DNA from: Escherichia coli
GTDB taxonomy: Bacteria; Pseudomonadota; Gammaproteobacteria; Enterobacterales; Enterobacteriaceae
Assembly (NCBI RefSeq): GCF_045037415.1
Contig: NZ_CP173438.1
Strand: one strand, 5' to 3'
DNA length: 64,000 nucleotides
The first letter of the stretch is position 1. Every line of letters starts with the position of its first letter. A model generated the notes under the pieces. The model was not told where the DNA came from. It made no database searches and worked only from the letters and a program-made list of their open reading frames with translations. Positions 35,951 to 52,043 of this stretch are shown here, piece by piece. The position numbers were made by a program, and so were the translations under genes.

Positions 35951-36268
35951 ATGGCTGAATGGAGCGGCGAATATATCAGCCCATACGCTGAGCACGGCAA
36001 GAAGAGTGAACAAGTCAAAAAGATTACGGTTTCCATTCCTCTTAAGGTGTTAAAAATCCTCACCGATGAACGCACGCGTCGTCAGGTGAACAACCTGCGT
36101 CACGCTACCAACAGCGAGCTGCTGTGCGAAGCGTTTCTGCATGCCTTTACCGGGCAACCTTTGCCGGATGATGCCGATCTGCGTAAAGAGCGCAGCGACG
36201 AAATTCCGGAGGCGGCAAAAGAGATCATGCGTGAGATGGGGATTAACCCGGAGACGTGGGAATACTAA
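35951..36268 (+). CDS. metJ: methionine repressor
   Basis: Track ORF trimmed to [66 protein letters not shown] (105 aa). Confidence 0.97.
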
Positions 36269-36327
36269 AGCGGAAAAGAGCGGCGCGGAGTTAACCAGCC
36301 GCTTTTTTCATACATGGACGTTTAACG

Positions 36328-36936
36328 ATGAAAATCAGGCTACTGATCCCCGGCCTGCTGGTTTCTGTGCCTGCATTTGCCTGGCAACCACAAACCGGCG
36401 ACATCATCTTTCAGATCTCTCGCTCATCGCAAAGTAAAGCGATCCAACTGGCGACCCATTCCGATTACAGCCACACCGGTATGCTGGTGATACGCAACAA
36501 AAAGCCCTACGTCTTTGAAGCCGTCGGCCCGGTAAAATATACCCCGCTGAAACAGTGGATCGCCCACGGTGAAGATAGCAAGTACATCGTGCGTCGCGTT
36601 AAAGGCGAGCTAAATGCCGAACAACAGCAAAAACTGGCGCAAACGGCAAAACGTTATCTCGGTAAACCGTATGACTCCAGCTTCTCGTGGAGCGACGATC
36701 GCCAGTACTGTTCGGAAGTGGTGTGGAAGGTCTACCAGAATGCGCTGGGAATGCGTGTGGGCGAGCAGCAGAAGCTGAAAGAGTTCGATCTTAGTAACCC
36801 GCTAGTTCAGGCAAAGCTCAAAGAACGCTACGGCAAAAATATTCCGCTTGAGGAAACGGTAGTTTCACCACAAGCCGTTTTCGACGCGCCACAACTCACC
36901 ACGGTCGCCAAAGAATGGCCGCTGTTTTCCTGGTAA
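36328..36936 (+). CDS. yiiX: DUF830 / putative lipid-binding hydrolase family protein
   Basis: 202-aa ORF with signal peptide; K-12 synteny between metJ and rpmE. Confidence 0.85.
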   Translation: MKIRLLIPGLLVSVPAFAWQPQTGDIIFQISRSSQSKAIQLATHSDYSHTGMLVIRNKKPYVFEAVGPVKYTPLKQWIAHGEDSKYIVRRVKGELNAEQQQKLAQTAKRYLGKPYDSSFSWSDDRQYCSEVVWKVYQNALGMRVGEQQKLKEFDLSNPLVQAKLKERYGKNIPLEETVVSPQAVFDAPQLTTVAKEWPLFSW

Positions 36937-36957
36937 TACGACCAAAATTCAGGCACA

Positions 36958-36984
36958 AAAAAAGCGCCGTGCGGCGCTTTTTTC
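36958..36984. terminator. bidirectional rho-independent terminator (yiiX / rpmE convergent)
   Basis: aaaaagcgccgtgcggcgcttttttc, GC hairpin flanked by A-tract and T-tract. Confidence 0.75.
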
Positions 36985-36996
36985 GGAAATCCGGTC

Positions 36997-37248
<252 letters not shown>

Positions 37249-37252
37249 CTAA

Positions 37253-39610
<2,358 letters not shown>

Positions 39611-39765
39611 ACCGCTCACGATGCGAGGCGGATCGAAAAATTCAATATTCATCACACTTTTCATGAAAATTCTGTAACCGTTTTCACGCGCTATCTGCTA
39701 AAAATGTTGCCGATGTGAAGTAAACATGGATGTAGTACGCCTGACGTGCCAGGCGAGGAGTGAGT

Positions 39766-40791
39766 GTGAAAGCGAAGAAGCAGGAAACTGCCGCGACCAT
39801 GAAAGACGTTGCCCTCAAGGCAAAAGTCTCTACAGCGACTGTCTCCCGAGCATTAATGAATCCCGATAAAGTCTCCCAGGCCACCCGTAATCGGGTTGAA
39901 AAAGCGGCCCGGGAAGTGGGTTATTTACCGCAGCCTATGGGGCGCAACGTCAAGCGTAATGAATCCCGCACCATTCTGGTGATTGTCCCGGATATCTGCG
40001 ACCCTTTCTTTAGCGAAATTATTCGCGGTATCGAAGTTACGGCGGCAAATCACGGATATCTGGTGCTGATTGGCGACTGTGCGCATCAAAATCAGCAGGA
40101 AAAAACCTTTATCGATTTGATCATCACCAAGCAAATTGATGGCATGTTGTTGCTGGGTTCAAGGCTGCCGTTTGATGCCAGCATTGAGGAACAGCGTAAT
40201 CTGCCGCCGATGGTGATGGCGAACGAATTTGCACCGGAACTGGAGCTGCCTACCGTTCATATCGACAATCTGACCGCCGCATTTGATGCAGTAAATTATT
40301 TATATGAGCAAGGGCATAAACGGATTGGCTGTATAGCCGGTCCCGAAGAGATGCCGCTGTGTCACTACCGCCTGCAAGGCTATGTTCAGGCGCTGCGTCG
40401 CTGCGGCATTATGGTTGATCCGCAATACATCGCCCGTGGCGACTTCACCTTCGAAGCCGGAAGCAGAGCAATGCAACAGCTGCTTGATCTTCCACAACCG
40501 CCTACTGCTGTCTTCTGCCATAGCGATGTGATGGCGCTCGGCGCACTTTCTCAGGCAAAACGTCAGGGGCTGAAAGTCCCGGAAGACCTTTCCATAATCG
40601 GTTTTGATAACATCGACCTGACGCAATTTTGTGATCCGCCGCTGACAACCATCGCGCAGCCGCGTTACGAAATCGGTCGGGAAGCTATGCTGTTATTGCT
40701 TGATCAAATGCAGGGGCAACACGTTGGCAGTGGCTCTCGTTTAATGGACTGCGAACTTATCATCCGGGGATCAACACGCGCGTTACCTTAA
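39766..40791 (+). CDS. cytR: LacI-family repressor CytR
   Basis: GTG-initiated ORF VKAKKQETAATMKDVALKAKVSTATVSRAL (341 aa). Confidence 0.9.
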   Translation: MKAKKQETAATMKDVALKAKVSTATVSRALMNPDKVSQATRNRVEKAAREVGYLPQPMGRNVKRNESRTILVIVPDICDPFFSEIIRGIEVTAANHGYLVLIGDCAHQNQQEKTFIDLIITKQIDGMLLLGSRLPFDASIEEQRNLPPMVMANEFAPELELPTVHIDNLTAAFDAVNYLYEQGHKRIGCIAGPEEMPLCHYRLQGYVQALRRCGIMVDPQYIARGDFTFEAGSRAMQQLLDLPQPPTAVFCHSDVMALGALSQAKRQGLKVPEDLSIIGFDNIDLTQFCDPPLTTIAQPRYEIGREAMLLLLDQMQGQHVGSGSRLMDCELIIRGSTRALP

Positions 40792-40882
40792 AGTAAACCT
40801 TTAAGACTGCCGTGACTGGTCAAAGGCCCGCCGCTTAAGTAACATGGCGGGCTGACGAACGAATAAATACAGCGAAACGATA

Positions 40883-41842
40883 GTGGCACAACGAGATTAT
40901 GTACGCCGCAGCCAACCGGCACCTTCGCGGCGAAAAAAGAGCACCTCACGGAAAAAGCAACGAAATCTGCCTGCGGTTTCTCCCGCTATGGTCGCTATTG
41001 CTGCCGCCGTTCTTGTGACCTTTATCGGTGGTCTGTACTTCATTACGCATCACAAGAAAGAAGAGTCCGAGACGCTGCAAAGCCAGAAAGTGACCGGAAA
41101 CGGACTACCACCAAAACCAGAAGAACGCTGGCGCTACATTAAAGAGCTGGAAAGTCGCCAGCCGGGTGTGCGTGCGCCCACAGAACCTTCTGCCGGTGGT
41201 GAAGTGAAAACGCCGGAGCAACTGACACCAGAACAACGCCAGCTTCTTGAACAAATGCAGGCCGATATGCGCCAGCAGCCAACGCAGCTGGTTGAAGTTC
41301 CGTGGAATGAGCAGACGCCGGAACAGCGTCAGCAAACGCTACAGCGCCAGCGTCAGGCGCAGCAATTAGCGGAGCAGCAACGCCTGGCTCAGCAGTCGCG
41401 TACGACTGAACAAAGCTGGCAGCAGCAGACGCGTACGTCGCAAGCCGCGCCGGTACAGGCGCAACCGCGCCAGTCTAAACCGGCTTCTACTCAGCAGCCG
41501 TACCAGGATCTGCTGCAAACCCCTGCGCACACGACCGCGCAGTCGAAGCCGCAGCAAGCTGCGCCGGTTGCTCGTGCCGCTGACGCGCCAAAACCGACGG
41601 CGGAGAAAAAAGACGAACGCCGCTGGATGGTGCAGTGCGGTTCGTTCAGAGGCGCGGAACAGGCAGAGACGGTACGTGCTCAGCTGGCGTTCGAAGGCTT
41701 TGACTCAAAAATTACCACCAACAATGGCTGGAATCGTGTGGTGATTGGCCCGGTGAAAGGCAAAGAGAACGCAGACAGCACCCTCAATCGCTTGAAGATG
41801 GCGGGTCATACAAACTGCATTCGGCTCGCCGCCGGGGGTTGA
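40883..41842 (+). CDS. ftsN: cell division protein FtsN
   Basis: 319-aa ORF, Q/P-rich linker and C-terminal SPOR domain (RWMVQCGSFRGAEQAETVRAQLAFEGF). Confidence 0.93.
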   Translation: MAQRDYVRRSQPAPSRRKKSTSRKKQRNLPAVSPAMVAIAAAVLVTFIGGLYFITHHKKEESETLQSQKVTGNGLPPKPEERWRYIKELESRQPGVRAPTEPSAGGEVKTPEQLTPEQRQLLEQMQADMRQQPTQLVEVPWNEQTPEQRQQTLQRQRQAQQLAEQQRLAQQSRTTEQSWQQQTRTSQAAPVQAQPRQSKPASTQQPYQDLLQTPAHTTAQSKPQQAAPVARAADAPKPTAEKKDERRWMVQCGSFRGAEQAETVRAQLAFEGFDSKITTNNGWNRVVIGPVKGKENADSTLNRLKMAGHTNCIRLAAGG

Positions 41843-41870
41843 AACCCTCAAAATCCCCCCCATCTATAAT
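41839..41870 (+). promoter_or_regulatory. sigma32 heat-shock promoter of hslVU
   Basis: ttgaaa (-35) ... ccccccatctataat (-10-like CCCCATNT) about 65 bp upstream of the hslV start. Confidence 0.65.
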
Positions 41871-41934
41871 TGCATTATGCCCCGTACTTTTGTACGGGGT
41901 TTGTACTCTGTATTCGTAACCAAGGGGTCAGCTC

Positions 41935-42465
41935 GTGACAACTATAGTAAGCGTACGCCGTAACGGCCATGTGGTCATCGCTGGTGATGGTCAGGCCACG
42001 TTGGGCAATACCGTAATGAAAGGCAACGTGAAAAAGGTCCGCCGTCTGTACAACGACAAAGTCATCGCGGGCTTTGCGGGCGGTACTGCGGATGCTTTTA
42101 CGCTGTTCGAACTGTTTGAACGTAAACTGGAAATGCATCAGGGCCATCTGGTCAAAGCCGCCGTTGAGCTGGCGAAAGACTGGCGTACCGATCGCATGCT
42201 GCGCAAACTTGAAGCACTGCTGGCAGTCGCGGATGAAACTGCATCGCTTATCATCACCGGTAACGGTGACGTGGTGCAGCCAGAAAACGATCTTATTGCT
42301 ATCGGCTCCGGCGGCCCTTACGCCCAGGCTGCGGCGCGCGCGCTGTTAGAAAACACTGAACTTAGCGCCCGTGAAATTGCTGAAAAGGCGTTGGATATTG
42401 CAGGCGACATTTGCATCTATACCAACCATTTCCACACCATCGAAGAATTAAGCTACAAAGCGTAA
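41935..42465 (+). CDS. hslV: ATP-dependent protease subunit HslV
   Basis: 176-aa [27 protein letters not shown]. Confidence 0.97.
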
Positions 42466-42474
42466 GGATCTCCC

Positions 42475-43806
42475 ATGTCTGAAATGACCCCACGCGAAAT
42501 CGTCAGCGAACTGGATAAGCACATCATCGGCCAGGACAACGCCAAGCGTTCCGTGGCGATTGCTCTGCGTAACCGCTGGCGTCGCATGCAGCTCAACGAA
42601 GAGCTGCGCCATGAAGTGACCCCGAAAAATATCCTGATGATCGGCCCGACCGGTGTCGGTAAAACTGAAATCGCCCGTCGTCTGGCTAAGCTGGCGAATG
42701 CGCCGTTCATCAAAGTTGAAGCGACCAAATTCACCGAAGTGGGCTATGTCGGTAAGGAAGTGGATTCTATTATTCGCGATCTGACCGATGCCGCCGTGAA
42801 AATGGTACGCGTCCAGGCTATCGAGAAAAACCGTTATCGCGCTGAAGAACTGGCAGAAGAACGTATTCTCGACGTACTGATCCCACCGGCTAAAAATAAC
42901 TGGGGACAGACCGAACAGCAGCAGGAGCCGTCCGCTGCTCGTCAGGCATTCCGCAAAAAACTGCGTGAAGGCCAGCTTGATGACAAAGAAATTGAGATCG
43001 ATCTTGCCGCAGCACCGATGGGCGTTGAAATTATGGCTCCTCCGGGCATGGAAGAGATGACCAGCCAGCTGCAGTCCATGTTCCAGAACCTGGGCGGTCA
43101 GAAGCAAAAGGCGCGTAAGCTGAAAATCAAAGACGCCATGAAGCTGCTGATTGAAGAAGAAGCGGCGAAACTGGTGAACCCGGAAGAGCTGAAGCAAGAT
43201 GCTATCGACGCTGTTGAGCAGCACGGGATCGTGTTTATCGACGAAATCGACAAAATCTGTAAGCGCGGCGAGTCTTCCGGTCCGGATGTTTCTCGTGAAG
43301 GCGTTCAGCGTGACCTGCTGCCGCTGGTAGAAGGTTGCACTGTTTCCACCAAACACGGGATGGTCAAAACTGACCACATTCTGTTTATCGCTTCTGGCGC
43401 GTTCCAGATTGCGAAACCGTCTGACCTGATCCCGGAACTGCAAGGTCGTCTGCCAATCCGCGTTGAGCTGCAGGCACTGACCACCAGCGACTTTGAGCGT
43501 ATTTTGACCGAGCCGAATGCCTCTATCACCGTGCAGTACAAAGCACTGATGGCAACTGAGGGCGTAAATATCGAGTTTACCGACTCCGGTATTAAGCGCA
43601 TCGCGGAAGCGGCATGGCAGGTGAACGAATCTACCGAAAACATCGGTGCTCGTCGTTTACATACCGTTCTGGAGCGTTTAATGGAAGAGATTTCCTACGA
43701 CGCCAGCGATTTAAGCGGTCAAACTATCACTATTGACGCAGATTATGTGAGCAAACATCTGGATGCGTTGGTGGCAGATGAAGATCTGAGCCGTTTTATC
43801 CTATAA
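42475..43806 (+). CDS. hslU: ATP-dependent protease ATPase subunit HslU
   Basis: 443-aa [28 protein letters not shown]; Walker A GPTGVGKT. Confidence 0.97.
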
Positions 43807-43836
43807 TCGCGTTCAATCATTTTCATCATTGTTTGA

Positions 43837-43860
43837 TGGGGCTGAAAGGCCCCATTTTTA
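43837..43860 (+). terminator. rho-independent terminator after hslU
   Basis: ggggctgaaaggcccc followed by atttttatt. Confidence 0.7.
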
Positions 43861-43872
43861 TTGGCGCGTATT

Positions 43873-44799
43873 ATGACTGAACAACAAATTAGCCGAACTC
43901 AGGCGTGGCTGGAAAGTTTACGACCTAAAACCCTCCCCCTCGCCTTTGCTGCAATTATCGTCGGGACGGCGCTGGCATGGTGGCAAGGTCACTTCGATCC
44001 ACTGGTCGCCCTGCTGGCATTGATTACCGCCGGGCTATTACAGATCCTTTCTAACCTCGCCAATGATTACGGCGATGCGGTAAAAGGCAGCGATAAACCT
44101 GACCGCATTGGGCCGCTACGCGGCATGCAAAAAGGGGTCATTACCCAGCAAGAGATGAAACGGGCGCTCATTATTACCGTCGTGCTCATCTGTCTCTCCG
44201 GGCTGGCACTGGTTGCAGTGGCGTGCCATACGCTGGCCGATTTTGTCGGTTTCCTGATTCTTGGCGGGTTGTCGATCATTGCCGCTATCACCTACACCGT
44301 GGGCAATCGTCCTTATGGTTATATCGGTTTGGGTGATATTTCCGTACTGGTTTTCTTTGGCTGGTTGAGCGTCATGGGGAGCTGGTATTTACAGGCTCAT
44401 ACATTGATTCCGGCACTGATCCTTCCGGCAACCGCATGCGGCCTGCTGGCAACGGCAGTACTGAACATTAATAACCTGCGTGATATCAATAGCGACCGCG
44501 AAAACGGCAAAAACACGCTGGTGGTGCGCTTAGGTGCAGTAAACGCGCGTCGTTATCATGCCTGCCTGCTGATGGGCTCACTGGTGTGTCTAGCGCTGTT
44601 TAATCTCTTTTCGCTGCATAGCCTGTGGGGCTGGCTGTTCCTGCTGGCGGCACCGTTGCTGGTGAAGCAAGCTCGTTATGTGATGCGCGAAATGGACCCG
44701 GTGGCGATGCGACCAATGCTGGAACGCACTGTCAAAGGAGCGTTACTGACTAACCTGCTGTTTGTTTTAGGGATATTCCTAAGCCAGTGGGCAGCATAA
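43873..44799 (+). CDS. menA: 1,4-dihydroxy-2-naphthoate octaprenyltransferase
   Basis: Track ORF trimmed to MTEQQISRTQAWLESLRPKTLPLAFAAIIVG (308 aa). Confidence 0.93.
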   Translation: MTEQQISRTQAWLESLRPKTLPLAFAAIIVGTALAWWQGHFDPLVALLALITAGLLQILSNLANDYGDAVKGSDKPDRIGPLRGMQKGVITQQEMKRALIITVVLICLSGLALVAVACHTLADFVGFLILGGLSIIAAITYTVGNRPYGYIGLGDISVLVFFGWLSVMGSWYLQAHTLIPALILPATACGLLATAVLNINNLRDINSDRENGKNTLVVRLGAVNARRYHACLLMGSLVCLALFNLFSLHSLWGWLFLLAAPLLVKQARYVMREMDPVAMRPMLERTVKGALLTNLLFVLGIFLSQWAA

Positions 44800-44891
44800 C
44801 TGACAAATATCAATTAACAATTGATGATTTTGCCAACAGCCCACATAGCGCGATATACTGAAAATTCTCGCAGCAACTGAATGTTAAGCCT

Positions 44892-45377
44892 ATGAAATAC
44901 GATACTTCCGAGCTTTGTGACATCTATCAAGAAGATGTTAACGTCGTGGAACCGCTGTTCTCCAACTTTGGCGGACGGGCGTCGTTTGGCGGACAAATAA
45001 TCACGGTAAAATGTTTCGAGGACAACGGGTTGCTGTACGATCTGCTCGAACAGAATGGCCGTGGTCGTGTTCTTGTCGTCGATGGCGGAGGTTCTGTTCG
45101 CCGCGCACTGGTCGATGCTGAACTGGCGCGTCTGGCAGTACAAAATGAATGGGAAGGCCTGGTCATTTACGGCGCGGTGCGTCAGGTAGATGACCTGGAA
45201 GAGTTGGATATCGGCATCCAGGCGATGGCGGCAATTCCGGTTGGTGCCGCTGGCGAAGGCATTGGCGAAAGCGATGTCCGCGTCAATTTTGGCGGTGTCA
45301 CCTTCTTCTCCGGCGACCATCTTTATGCCGACAATACCGGGATTATTCTTTCAGAAGATCCGCTGGATATTGAATGA
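44892..45377 (+). CDS. rraA: RNase E regulator RraA
   Basis: 161-aa [31 protein letters not shown]. Confidence 0.95.
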
Positions 45378-45380
45378 TAA

Positions 45381-45407
45381 AAAAGGCACCGCAAGGTGCC
45401 TTTTTTC
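45381..45407. terminator. bidirectional rho-independent terminator (rraA / zapB convergent)
   Basis: aaaaaggcaccgcaaggtgccttttttc. Confidence 0.75.
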
Positions 45408-45461
45408 TGCGTTACCTGTTGGCCTACACAGTAAAGAAATTACGCGAAAGATGAAGTGTAA

Positions 45462-45755
<294 letters not shown>

Positions 45756-46131
45756 TTACCGGTGACGCCTTAATAAATACGAGCGCACTTTAGTTAGCTC
45801 CGATTGTATGAAGCCGCGCCATCGCTGTCCAGCGGCACGCCTTGCAGATTACGGTTTGCCACACTTTTCATCCTTCTCCTGGTGACATAATCCACATCAA
45901 TCGAAAATGTTAATAAATTTGTTGCGCGAATGATCTAACAAACATGCATCATGTACAATCAGATGGAATAAATGGCGCGATAACGCTCATTTTATGACGG
46001 AGCACACACATTTTAAGTTCGATATTTCTCGTTTTTGCTCGTTAACGATAAGTTTACAGCATGCCTACAAGCATCGTGGAGGTCCGTGACTTTCACGCAT
46101 ACAACAAACATTAACTCTTCAGGATCCGATT

Positions 46132-48508
<2,377 letters not shown>

Positions 48509-48516
48509 TAATGATT

Positions 48517-48552
48517 GCCTGATGCGACGCTTGCGCGTCTTATCAGGCCTAC
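48517..48552. repeat. REP element
   Basis: gcctgatgcgacgcttgcgcgtcttatcaggcctac. Confidence 0.8.
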
Positions 48553-48678
48553 GAGTCGGATACACATCCGGCATCACGCAGACTCTGAAACCGTGCGGGG
48601 GCAACCCCGCACACATCAATAATCCCGCCCTTCCCCTGTGCTACACTTCGCGCCATTCCTTACTGCTTAGAGTTTGCT

Positions 48679-49689
48679 ATGAGACGAGAACTTGCCATCG
48701 AATTTTCCCGCGTCACCGAATCAGCGGCGCTGGCTGGCTACAAATGGTTAGGACGCGGCGATAAAAACACCGCGGACGGCGCGGCGGTAAACGCCATGCG
48801 TATTATGCTCAACCAGGTCAACATTGACGGCACCATCGTCATTGGTGAAGGTGAAATCGACGAAGCACCGATGCTCTACATTGGTGAAAAAGTCGGTACT
48901 GGTCGCGGCGACGCGGTAGATATTGCTGTTGATCCGATTGAAGGCACGCGCATGACGGCGATGGGCCAGGCTAACGCGCTGGCGGTGCTGGCAGTAGGCG
49001 ATAAAGGCTGTTTCCTCAACGCGCCAGATATGTATATGGAGAAGCTGATCGTCGGACCGGGAGCCAAAGGCACCATTGATCTGAACCTGCCGCTGGCGGA
49101 TAACCTGCGCAATGTTGCGGCGGCGCTCGGCAAACCGTTGAGCGAACTGACGGTAACGATTCTGGCAAAACCGCGCCACGATGCCGTTATCGCTGAAATG
49201 CAACAACTCGGCGTACGCGTATTTGCTATTCCGGACGGCGACGTTGCAGCCTCAATTCTCACCTGTATGCCGGACAGTGAAGTCGATGTGCTGTACGGCA
49301 TTGGCGGCGCGCCGGAAGGCGTGGTTTCTGCGGCGGTGATCCGCGCATTAGATGGCGACATGAATGGTCGTCTGCTGGCACGTCATGACGTCAAAGGCGA
49401 CAACGAAGAGAATCGTCGCATTGGCGAGCAGGAGCTGGCACGCTGCAAAGCGATGGGCATCGAAGCCGGTAAAGTATTGCGTTTGGGCGATATGGCGCGC
49501 AGCGACAACGTCATCTTCTCTGCCACCGGTATTACCAAAGGCGATCTGCTGGAAGGCATTAGCCGCAAAGGCAATATCGCCACCACCGAAACGCTGCTGA
49601 TCCGTGGTAAATCACGCACCATTCGTCGCATTCAGTCCATCCACTATCTGGATCGTAAAGACCCGGAAATGCAGGTGCACATTCTCTGA
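48679..49689 (+). CDS. glpX: fructose-1,6-bisphosphatase class II
   Basis: 336-aa ORF MRRELAIEFSRVTESAALAGYKWLGRGDKN. Confidence 0.97.
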   Translation: MRRELAIEFSRVTESAALAGYKWLGRGDKNTADGAAVNAMRIMLNQVNIDGTIVIGEGEIDEAPMLYIGEKVGTGRGDAVDIAVDPIEGTRMTAMGQANALAVLAVGDKGCFLNAPDMYMEKLIVGPGAKGTIDLNLPLADNLRNVAAALGKPLSELTVTILAKPRHDAVIAEMQQLGVRVFAIPDGDVAASILTCMPDSEVDVLYGIGGAPEGVVSAAVIRALDGDMNGRLLARHDVKGDNEENRRIGEQELARCKAMGIEAGKVLRLGDMARSDNVIFSATGITKGDLLEGISRKGNIATTETLLIRGKSRTIRRIQSIHYLDRKDPEMQVHIL

Positions 49690-49711
49690 GTGATTTGATC
49701 GATTGAGCCTT

Positions 49712-49738
49712 CCAGTCCTTCGGGACTGGAATTTTTTT
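49712..49738 (+). terminator. rho-independent terminator after glpX
   Basis: ccagtccttcgggactgg followed by aattttttt. Confidence 0.8.
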
Positions 49739-49785
49739 GTTCGGAGAACGAAGATAAGGCAAGTCAATCAAAACAGGAGAAAAAC

Positions 49786-50532
49786 ATGGCTGATTGGGTA
49801 ACAGGCAAAGTCACTAAAGTGCAGAACTGGACCGACGCCCTGTTTAGTCTCACCGTTCACGCTCCCGTGCTTCCGTTTACCGCCGGGCAATTCACCAAAC
49901 TTGGCCTTGAAATTGAAGGCGAACGCGTTCAGCGTGCCTACTCTTACGTTAACTCGCCCGACAATCCCGATCTGGAGTTTTACCTGGTCACCGTCCCCGA
50001 TGGCAAATTAAGCCCGCGACTGGCGGCGCTAAAACCGGGTGATGAAGTGCAAGTGGTTAGTGAGGCGGCAGGCTTCTTTGTGCTGGATGAAGTCCCTGAC
50101 TGCGAAACACTGTGGATGCTGGCGACTGGTACGGCGATTGGCCCTTATTTATCGATTCTGCAATTGGGCAAAGATTTAGAACGCTTCAAAAACATGGTGC
50201 TGGTTCACGCCGCACGATATGCCGCCGACTTAAGCTATCTACCTCTGATGCAGGAACTGGAAAAACGCTACGAGGGGAAACTGCGCATTCAGACGGTGGT
50301 CAGTCGGGAAACGGCTGCGGGTTCGCTCACTGGGCGGATACCGGCGTTAATTGAAAGTGGTGAACTGGAAAGCGCGGTTGGCCTGCCGATGAATAAAGAA
50401 ACCAGCCATGTGATGCTGTGCGGCAATCCACAGATGGTGCGCGATACACAACAGTTGCTGAAAGAGACCCGGCAGATGACGAAACATTTACGTCGCCGAC
50501 CGGGCCATATGACAGCGGAGCATTACTGGTAA
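49786..50532 (+). CDS. fpr: ferredoxin/flavodoxin-NADP+ reductase
   Basis: 248-aa ORF MADWVTGKVTKVQNWTDALFSLTVHAP. Confidence 0.95.
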   Translation: MADWVTGKVTKVQNWTDALFSLTVHAPVLPFTAGQFTKLGLEIEGERVQRAYSYVNSPDNPDLEFYLVTVPDGKLSPRLAALKPGDEVQVVSEAAGFFVLDEVPDCETLWMLATGTAIGPYLSILQLGKDLERFKNMVLVHAARYAADLSYLPLMQELEKRYEGKLRIQTVVSRETAAGSLTGRIPALIESGELESAVGLPMNKETSHVMLCGNPQMVRDTQQLLKETRQMTKHLRRRPGHMTAEHYW

Positions 50533-50536
50533 GCGG

Positions 50537-50965
50537 TTACTTGTCGATAAACGGCACGATCAAGAGATCCGCACTCAACTTATTGATCATCCCGCGATAT
50601 GCCGGCATCAAACGGTTGATAAATGAGTGGTGATGACCACAGACAAGGAGGTCGCACTGCTCTTTTTGCATAATTTCCAGCAGTGTTTCCGGCATTTCTC
50701 CGCGTTCAATACGCAGTTTTGTCTTCGGCCATTGAATATTTTTCGTCAGTTTATACAGCTTGTTATCCGACTTATTCTTCAACAATTGAAGAATATCTTC
50801 TGTTGCAGGGAAGTAGATACCCGGATACAACTCGCTTAAGCCATCATCAATATGAATTAACGTCAGGTGAGCGTCATTATGTCTGGCGAGCTCCAGGGCT
50901 TTATTCACCAGTAAGGCATCTTCTTCATTCCCGGAAATTGCCACGCCAATGTGTTTATAAGCCAT
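50537..50965 (-). CDS. uspD: universal stress protein D
   Basis: 142-aa [30 protein letters not shown]; Usp fold; synteny. Confidence 0.9.
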   Translation of the reverse strand: MAYKHIGVAISGNEEDALLVNKALELARHNDAHLTLIHIDDGLSELYPGIYFPATEDILQLLKNKSDNKLYKLTKNIQWPKTKLRIERGEMPETLLEIMQKEQCDLLVCGHHHSFINRLMPAYRGMINKLSADLLIVPFIDK

Positions 50966-50991
50966 GTTTAACTCCTTCTAAAGCAACTCCA

Positions 50992-51291
50992 TCAAGCTAA
51001 CGAACGCAGTGATAACTCAAAAATAATCATCTCGGCCTGGCATGAGAAGGTGAAGGCCGCATCAAGCTCAACTTGCCCTTCCAGATCTTTAATCTTATAG
51101 GCCACGCTGGCCCCTTCATCTGCAGAGGATGCAGCGGCGGCAAGCTCTTTCAGTTTGGTCATAAAGGACTCTGCTTCTTCGCGGGTGGCAAAAAAGCGCG
51201 AAAACTTACTGGTACAGTTGTCGTTATCAATCACCGTACCGATATCAATCGCACATCCTTTAGTACTGCATTTATCTACGACATCTTTCAT
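50992..51291 (-). CDS. yiiS: DUF406-family protein
   Basis: 99-aa ORF; K-12 synteny. Confidence 0.8.
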   Translation of the reverse strand: MKDVVDKCSTKGCAIDIGTVIDNDNCTSKFSRFFATREEAESFMTKLKELAAAASSADEGASVAYKIKDLEGQVELDAAFTFSCQAEMIIFELSLRSLA

Positions 51292-51502
51292 AGGGCACCT
51301 CTGTATATTCGCCTCTCTGTCGATTACGACTTAAGAATAATGCGCCGTTAAAGGAAGAACAAACAAGTAATGATCTTATGGATTACCATTTTTTTTGATA
51401 TTGCTTAAGGTGAAGAGTTCAGAAGGATTTTCCGGGCATTGTCACTTGCATCGTGGAAATAACAATCCCGGAAAAAAATAGCGATAAGAGATATATTAAA
51501 GG

Positions 51503-51943
51503 TTAATTACTTGATTTATTGTCGGCTTTATACTTCACATCCTGGGTATCTTTACCATATTTATTTTCGCCTTGTGTGCCAACAAACGCACCAAGATCGA
51601 TAAGCATCATCACCAGAATCAGTGTTGGGATAAAACGCCCCACCGCCCATTGCCATACCCCCGGCAAAATTGCCCAGTTACCCGCCAGCAGCATCCACGC
51701 CACAATCATCAGAAATGCCCATGCGCCGGAACGCCCGCGATCATGCAAGCGCTTAACGGTTACTGCCGCTGTTGGCCAAAGCAAGCACACAAGGCAAAAC
51801 GCCGCGGTCTGAATATCGAGTAAATTTTTACCCGCCAGTGAGAAAAGCACCAGCATGCCTGCGAACCACAGGCCTATCCAAATCCAGAAATCACGGCGTC
51901 CAATACGCCCTTTAAATGAGAATAACCATTGCTGTATGGTCAT
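51503..51943 (-). CDS. yiiR: DUF805-family inner membrane protein
   Basis: 146-aa ORF with hydrophobic segments; synteny. Confidence 0.8.
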   Translation of the reverse strand: MTIQQWLFSFKGRIGRRDFWIWIGLWFAGMLVLFSLAGKNLLDIQTAAFCLVCLLWPTAAVTVKRLHDRGRSGAWAFLMIVAWMLLAGNWAILPGVWQWAVGRFIPTLILVMMLIDLGAFVGTQGENKYGKDTQDVKYKADNKSSN

Positions 51944-52043
51944 GTAAGTTCCTTGATGGTTGTCTTTTCCAGGATTCTACCCTTTTGACAAGGGCGACAG
52001 ATATCGTTTTAATCGGAGCCAGTCATAACAAAAGGTACTGTCA

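Noticed and set aside
41105-41557. Minus-strand ORFs of 76 and 63 aa within ftsN
   Set aside because: They arise from the repetitive Q/R/P-rich linker of ftsN read in antisense.
42448-43443. 331-aa minus-strand ORF antisense to hslU
   Set aside because: Lies entirely within the well-supported hslU coding region in antisense; long stop-free antisense frames are common in E. coli genes, and the translation has low-complexity, R/F-rich composition.
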